Source of the DNA: Collinsella sp. UBA6357
Lineage (GTDB): Bacteria > Actinomycetota > Coriobacteriia > Coriobacteriales > Coriobacteriaceae
NCBI GenBank assembly: GCA_002437815.1
Contig: DJRP01000028.1
Span: forward strand, 41,471 to 105,470
Reading direction: 5' to 3'
DNA: 64,000 nucleotides
Part shown: piece by piece, positions 61,097 through 64,000 of the stretch
Numbering within the stretch: position 1 is the stretch's first letter
Layout of the letters: each line of letters opens with the position of its first letter
Notes under the pieces: generated by a model
What the model was told of the DNA's origin: nothing
The model's input: only the letters and a program-made list of their open reading frames with translations
Databases searched by the model: none
Position numbers and translations under genes: made by a program

Positions 61097-64000
61097 ATGC
61101 CATCGCTTAAGACTACCCATCGCTGGTCCGTTGCAAAGCAGAATCCCGAGCTCGAGAAGCAGCTTTCCGCGGGGCTTGGCGTGCCGGCGCTCGTCGCGCG
61201 CATCATGGTCGCCCGCGGTATCGATTCGATAGAGCAGGGGCAGCTATTCCTGACTCCCTCGCTCGACCGCGACTGGGCCGACCCGCTCATCATTCCCGGG
61301 ATGGCTGGGGTGGCCGACCGTATCGAGGCCGCCGTGCGCAACGGCGAGCGTATTGCGATCTTCGGCGATTTCGATGTTGACGGTATCACTTCGACCTGTT
61401 TGCTCACCGAGGCGCTTCGGGCGCTCGGGGGTACGGTCGTTCCGTTCATTCCACATCGGTTCGATGAGGGCTACGGTCTTTCGCGGGCAGCGCTCGACCG
61501 CGTGGTCCAGCTTGCCGACCCTCAACTTATCGTGACCGTCGACAACGGTATCTCTGCCAAGGGCGAGGTCTCCTATCTCGAAGGCCTTGGTATCGACCTG
61601 GTGGTAACCGACCACCACGAGCCCTCCGATCAGGTGCCTCGGGGCGTGCCGCTGACCGACCCCAAGCTTGTGGACGGGGGGCCGTCACGTGAACTGGCGG
61701 GAGCCGGCGTGGCGCTCAAACTCGTCCAGGTGCTGGGCGAGCGCCTTGGCAAGCCATCGCTGTGGCGTTCTCTTATCGAGGTAGCGGCACTTGGCACCGT
61801 CTCGGACATGATGCCGCTCACGCCCGAGAACCGCGCGCTTGTCGCCGAGGGTATCCAGCAGATGCGTGTGACGGCGCGTCCGGGCTATATTGCACTTGCC
61901 GCGCTCACCAAGACCGATCTTTCGACCATCACGGCCGATGGGCTCTCGTTTTCGCTCATTCCCCGCCTGAACGCCGCCGGACGCATGGCCGACCCCAAAC
62001 TGGCCCTTGATTTGCTTTTGGCGCGTGATCCCGTTGAGGCTGCATCTCTTGCGGCGCAGCTTGAGGACATCAATCGCCAGCGCCGCGAGATCGAGGCTGA
62101 CCTGACGCGCGATGCCATTGCCAAGGTCGAGCAGACCTACGATGGCGGCCGGGCTATCGTCGTGGGCGGTGAGGGCTGGCATGAGGGTGTCAAAGGCATC
62201 GTCGCAAGTCGTTTGGTCAACCGTTACCACGTCCCGGCGCTGCTCTTCTCGATTGAAGATGGCATCGCGCGTGGATCGGGCCGCTCGGTGGGCAAGGTCA
62301 ACCTCTTCGATGCCGTCGAGCGTTGCTCGGACCTGCTGATTCGCCGGGGCGGGCATGCGGGCGCCGTCGGTGTGACCATCGAGGCGTCCAAGCTCGATGA
62401 GTTCCGCCGTCGCCTCGCTGCCGTCCTGTCGGAGCTTCCGGCTGAGGATTTTGAGGATACCCAGGAGGTGGCCGCGACGGTCAAGCTTTCTGAGCTCGAT
62501 ATCGCGACCATCGAGCAGGTTTCGCGTCTGGAGCCCTTCGGGCAGGGCAACAAGGTGCCGCTGCTTGCGGCTACCGGCGTCACGATGGCCGACCGCGCCG
62601 TGGTGGGCAAGACCGGTGAGCATATGCGCTTCATCGCTACCGACGGCGCTTCGAGCGTCGCGGCTATCATGTTCCGTGTTCCGCAGATCGATCGGATGAT
62701 TGCATGCGATAGCGCTGTCGACCTTGTGTTCGAGGCCGTGGCAGAGCATTGGCAGGGGCGCGTCAAACCCAAACTCATGGTCAAAGATATCCTGGCGTGC
62801 GACGCCTCGCCGGTTGCAATCGAGGATCCCTCATGCGAGCTCAACCGCGAGACACGCTCGCCGGAGGAGCATTTGCATATGGAGTCGCGGCGTCGCGATA
62901 TGCTTGCCCAGCTATCTTATCCCGAGCTCACGCGCTCGCTTATTCACTCCTTCATAGGAACCAACCAGCCTCATCCGGCACAGACCGAGGCACTCGATGC
63001 GCTTGCGGCGCACGAGAGCACCCTTGCCGTCATGGGAACGGGTCGGGGAAAATCGCTCATCTTCCACGTGCATGCTGCGCGCGAGGCGATCCTGCGCGGG
63101 CAGGCGAGCATTTTCGTCTATCCGCTTCGTGCCCTGGTGGCCGATCAGGCGTTCCACCTCTCGCAGAAGATGGCCCAGCTCGGTATCGGCGTGGGTGTGC
63201 TCACGGGCGAGACGCTTGAACCGGCTCGTGACGCGGTTTTTGCCGGCTTGGCTGCCGGATCCATCGGTATCGTGCTCACCACGCCCGAGTTCCTCTTGCT
63301 CCACCGCGAGCGATTTGCTCGGTCGGGGCGTGTGGGGTTCGTCGTTGTCGATGAGGCCCATCACGCCGGCCTTGCCAAGGGCGGGGATCGTAGCGCCTAT
63401 CTCGAGATGCCCCAGATTCTATCGGCCCTAGGTGATCCCGTGGTCCTCGCAACCACGGCGACGGCGACCGCGCCTGTCGTGGCTGAGCTCGCTCGCGTGC
63501 TTCCGGTGACGCGCACTGTTGTTGACGAGACGGTGCGCGAGAACCTTGAGGTCGAGGACGACCGCGATCTTTCCGGCCGGGAGAACCGTCTCGTTTCCAT
63601 CGTCGCCACGGGCGAGAAGTGCGTCATATATGTCAATTCACGCGACCAGTCCGTGGCCCTTGCCCGCACGCTGCGCAAGCGTATCCCCGATTGCGCGCCG
63701 CGTATCGCCTTTTACAACGCCGGGCTCACGCGTCCGGATCGGCATCGCGTCGAGGACGCCTTTCGCGACGGGGAGCTCTCTTGCATCGTGTCGACCTCGG
63801 CCTTCGGTGAGGGTGTCAACCTTCCCGATATCCGGCATGTGGTGCTCTATCACATGCCGTTCGGCGCCATCGAGTTCAACCAGATGAGCGGCCGGGCCGG
63901 GCGTGACGGAAAGCCCGCGCTCATCCATCTGCTCTACTCGTCGCGCGATGCACGCATCAACGAGCGTCTGCTCGATTGCTACGCCCCCGAGCGCGACGAG
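61097..64000 (+). CDS. recJ: 3-prime-truncated CDS: RecJ ssDNA exonuclease fused in frame to a RecQ-like SF2 helicase
   Basis: It is absent from the ORF track because there is no stop in the window. I translated frame 2 by hand from ATG 61097 to 64000 and found no stop. The RecJ part carries IAIFGDFDVDGITS, VDNGI, VVTDHH and RRGGHAGAVG. From about 62900 the helicase part carries AVMGTGRGKSLIF, VVVDEAHH, ATTATA and FNQMSGRAGRDG. Confidence 0.8.
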   Translation, partial: MPSLKTTHRWSVAKQNPELEKQLSAGLGVPALVARIMVARGIDSIEQGQLFLTPSLDRDWADPLIIPGMAGVADRIEAAVRNGERIAIFGDFDVDGITSTCLLTEALRALGGTVVPFIPHRFDEGYGLSRAALDRVVQLADPQLIVTVDNGISAKGEVSYLEGLGIDLVVTDHHEPSDQVPRGVPLTDPKLVDGGPSRELAGAGVALKLVQVLGERLGKPSLWRSLIEVAALGTVSDMMPLTPENRALVAEGIQQMRVTARPGYIALAALTKTDLSTITADGLSFSLIPRLNAAGRMADPKLALDLLLARDPVEAASLAAQLEDINRQRREIEADLTRDAIAKVEQTYDGGRAIVVGGEGWHEGVKGIVASRLVNRYHVPALLFSIEDGIARGSGRSVGKVNLFDAVERCSDLLIRRGGHAGAVGVTIEASKLDEFRRRLAAVLSELPAEDFEDTQEVAATVKLSELDIATIEQVSRLEPFGQGNKVPLLAATGVTMADRAVVGKTGEHMRFIATDGASSVAAIMFRVPQIDRMIACDSAVDLVFEAVAEHWQGRVKPKLMVKDILACDASPVAIEDPSCELNRETRSPEEHLHMESRRRDMLAQLSYPELTRSLIHSFIGTNQPHPAQTEALDALAAHESTLAVMGTGRGKSLIFHVHAAREAILRGQASIFVYPLRALVADQAFHLSQKMAQLGIGVGVLTGETLEPARDAVFAGLAAGSIGIVLTTPEFLLLHRERFARSGRVGFVVVDEAHHAGLAKGGDRSAYLEMPQILSALGDPVVLATTATATAPVVAELARVLPVTRTVVDETVRENLEVEDDRDLSGRENRLVSIVATGEKCVIYVNSRDQSVALARTLRKRIPDCAPRIAFYNAGLTRPDRHRVEDAFRDGELSCIVSTSAFGEGVNLPDIRHVVLYHMPFGAIEFNQMSGRAGRDGKPALIHLLYSSRDARINERLLDCYAPERDE

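Noticed and set aside
61037-61102. A 21-codon ORF (MNRELHHGGLPLSGVGAHAIA) overlapping the recJ start, considered as a possible leader peptide.
   Set aside because: It has no RBS, no amino-acid bias, and no alternative hairpins or terminator downstream. It is probably fortuitous.

Overview
This is a high-GC, actinobacterial-type chromosomal segment. Gene content suggests a gut Coriobacteriia (Collinsella/Olsenella-like), but that taxon is a guess. I support about 58 protein genes. I recognised no rRNA, tRNA, CRISPR array, transposase or integrase. Many long ORFs in the track are antisense shadows of real genes, a high-GC artefact, and were discarded.

Housekeeping content:
- pdxST with divergent pdxR
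- reverse rubrerythrin
- Fe-ADH plus ALDH
- a BglG/LicT-controlled PTS EIIBC with a ChbG-like deacetylase
- a DUF3516-type helicase
- trmB
- a bacterial Elp3
- purL
- hom
- a Liv-type ABC importer with two tandem binding proteins
- an FAD-oxidase/EtfB/ferredoxin-EtfA module
- azlCD
- kdgT
- cutC

Items worth a second look:
1. A three-gene TerB / BrxD-like ATPase / Lhr-like helicase operon (26531-31982, minus strand). It matches the Shango (SngABC) anti-phage architecture.
2. An untracked 14-codon Ile-rich leader peptide with overlapping alternative hairpins and a terminator (14467-14684). It sits in front of a lone FAH-fold hydratase gene.
3. A family of 122-123 bp long-hairpin elements with a conserved apical loop and co-varying outer stems. 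There are three copies, and two of them bracket a low-GC orphan gene for a DUF559-like nuclease-domain protein.
4. A five-gene translationally coupled operon of secreted or anchored proteins. It includes an 87-aa LAQTG (class E sortase-type) mini-substrate and a WxL-like protein.
5. RecJ fused in frame to a RecQ-like helicase, running off the window.
6. A Trm9-like methyltransferase and trmB close to Elp3.
7. A winged-helix protein with an RGG/GAR-like tail.

All family assignments come from reading motifs by eye. No searches were run.
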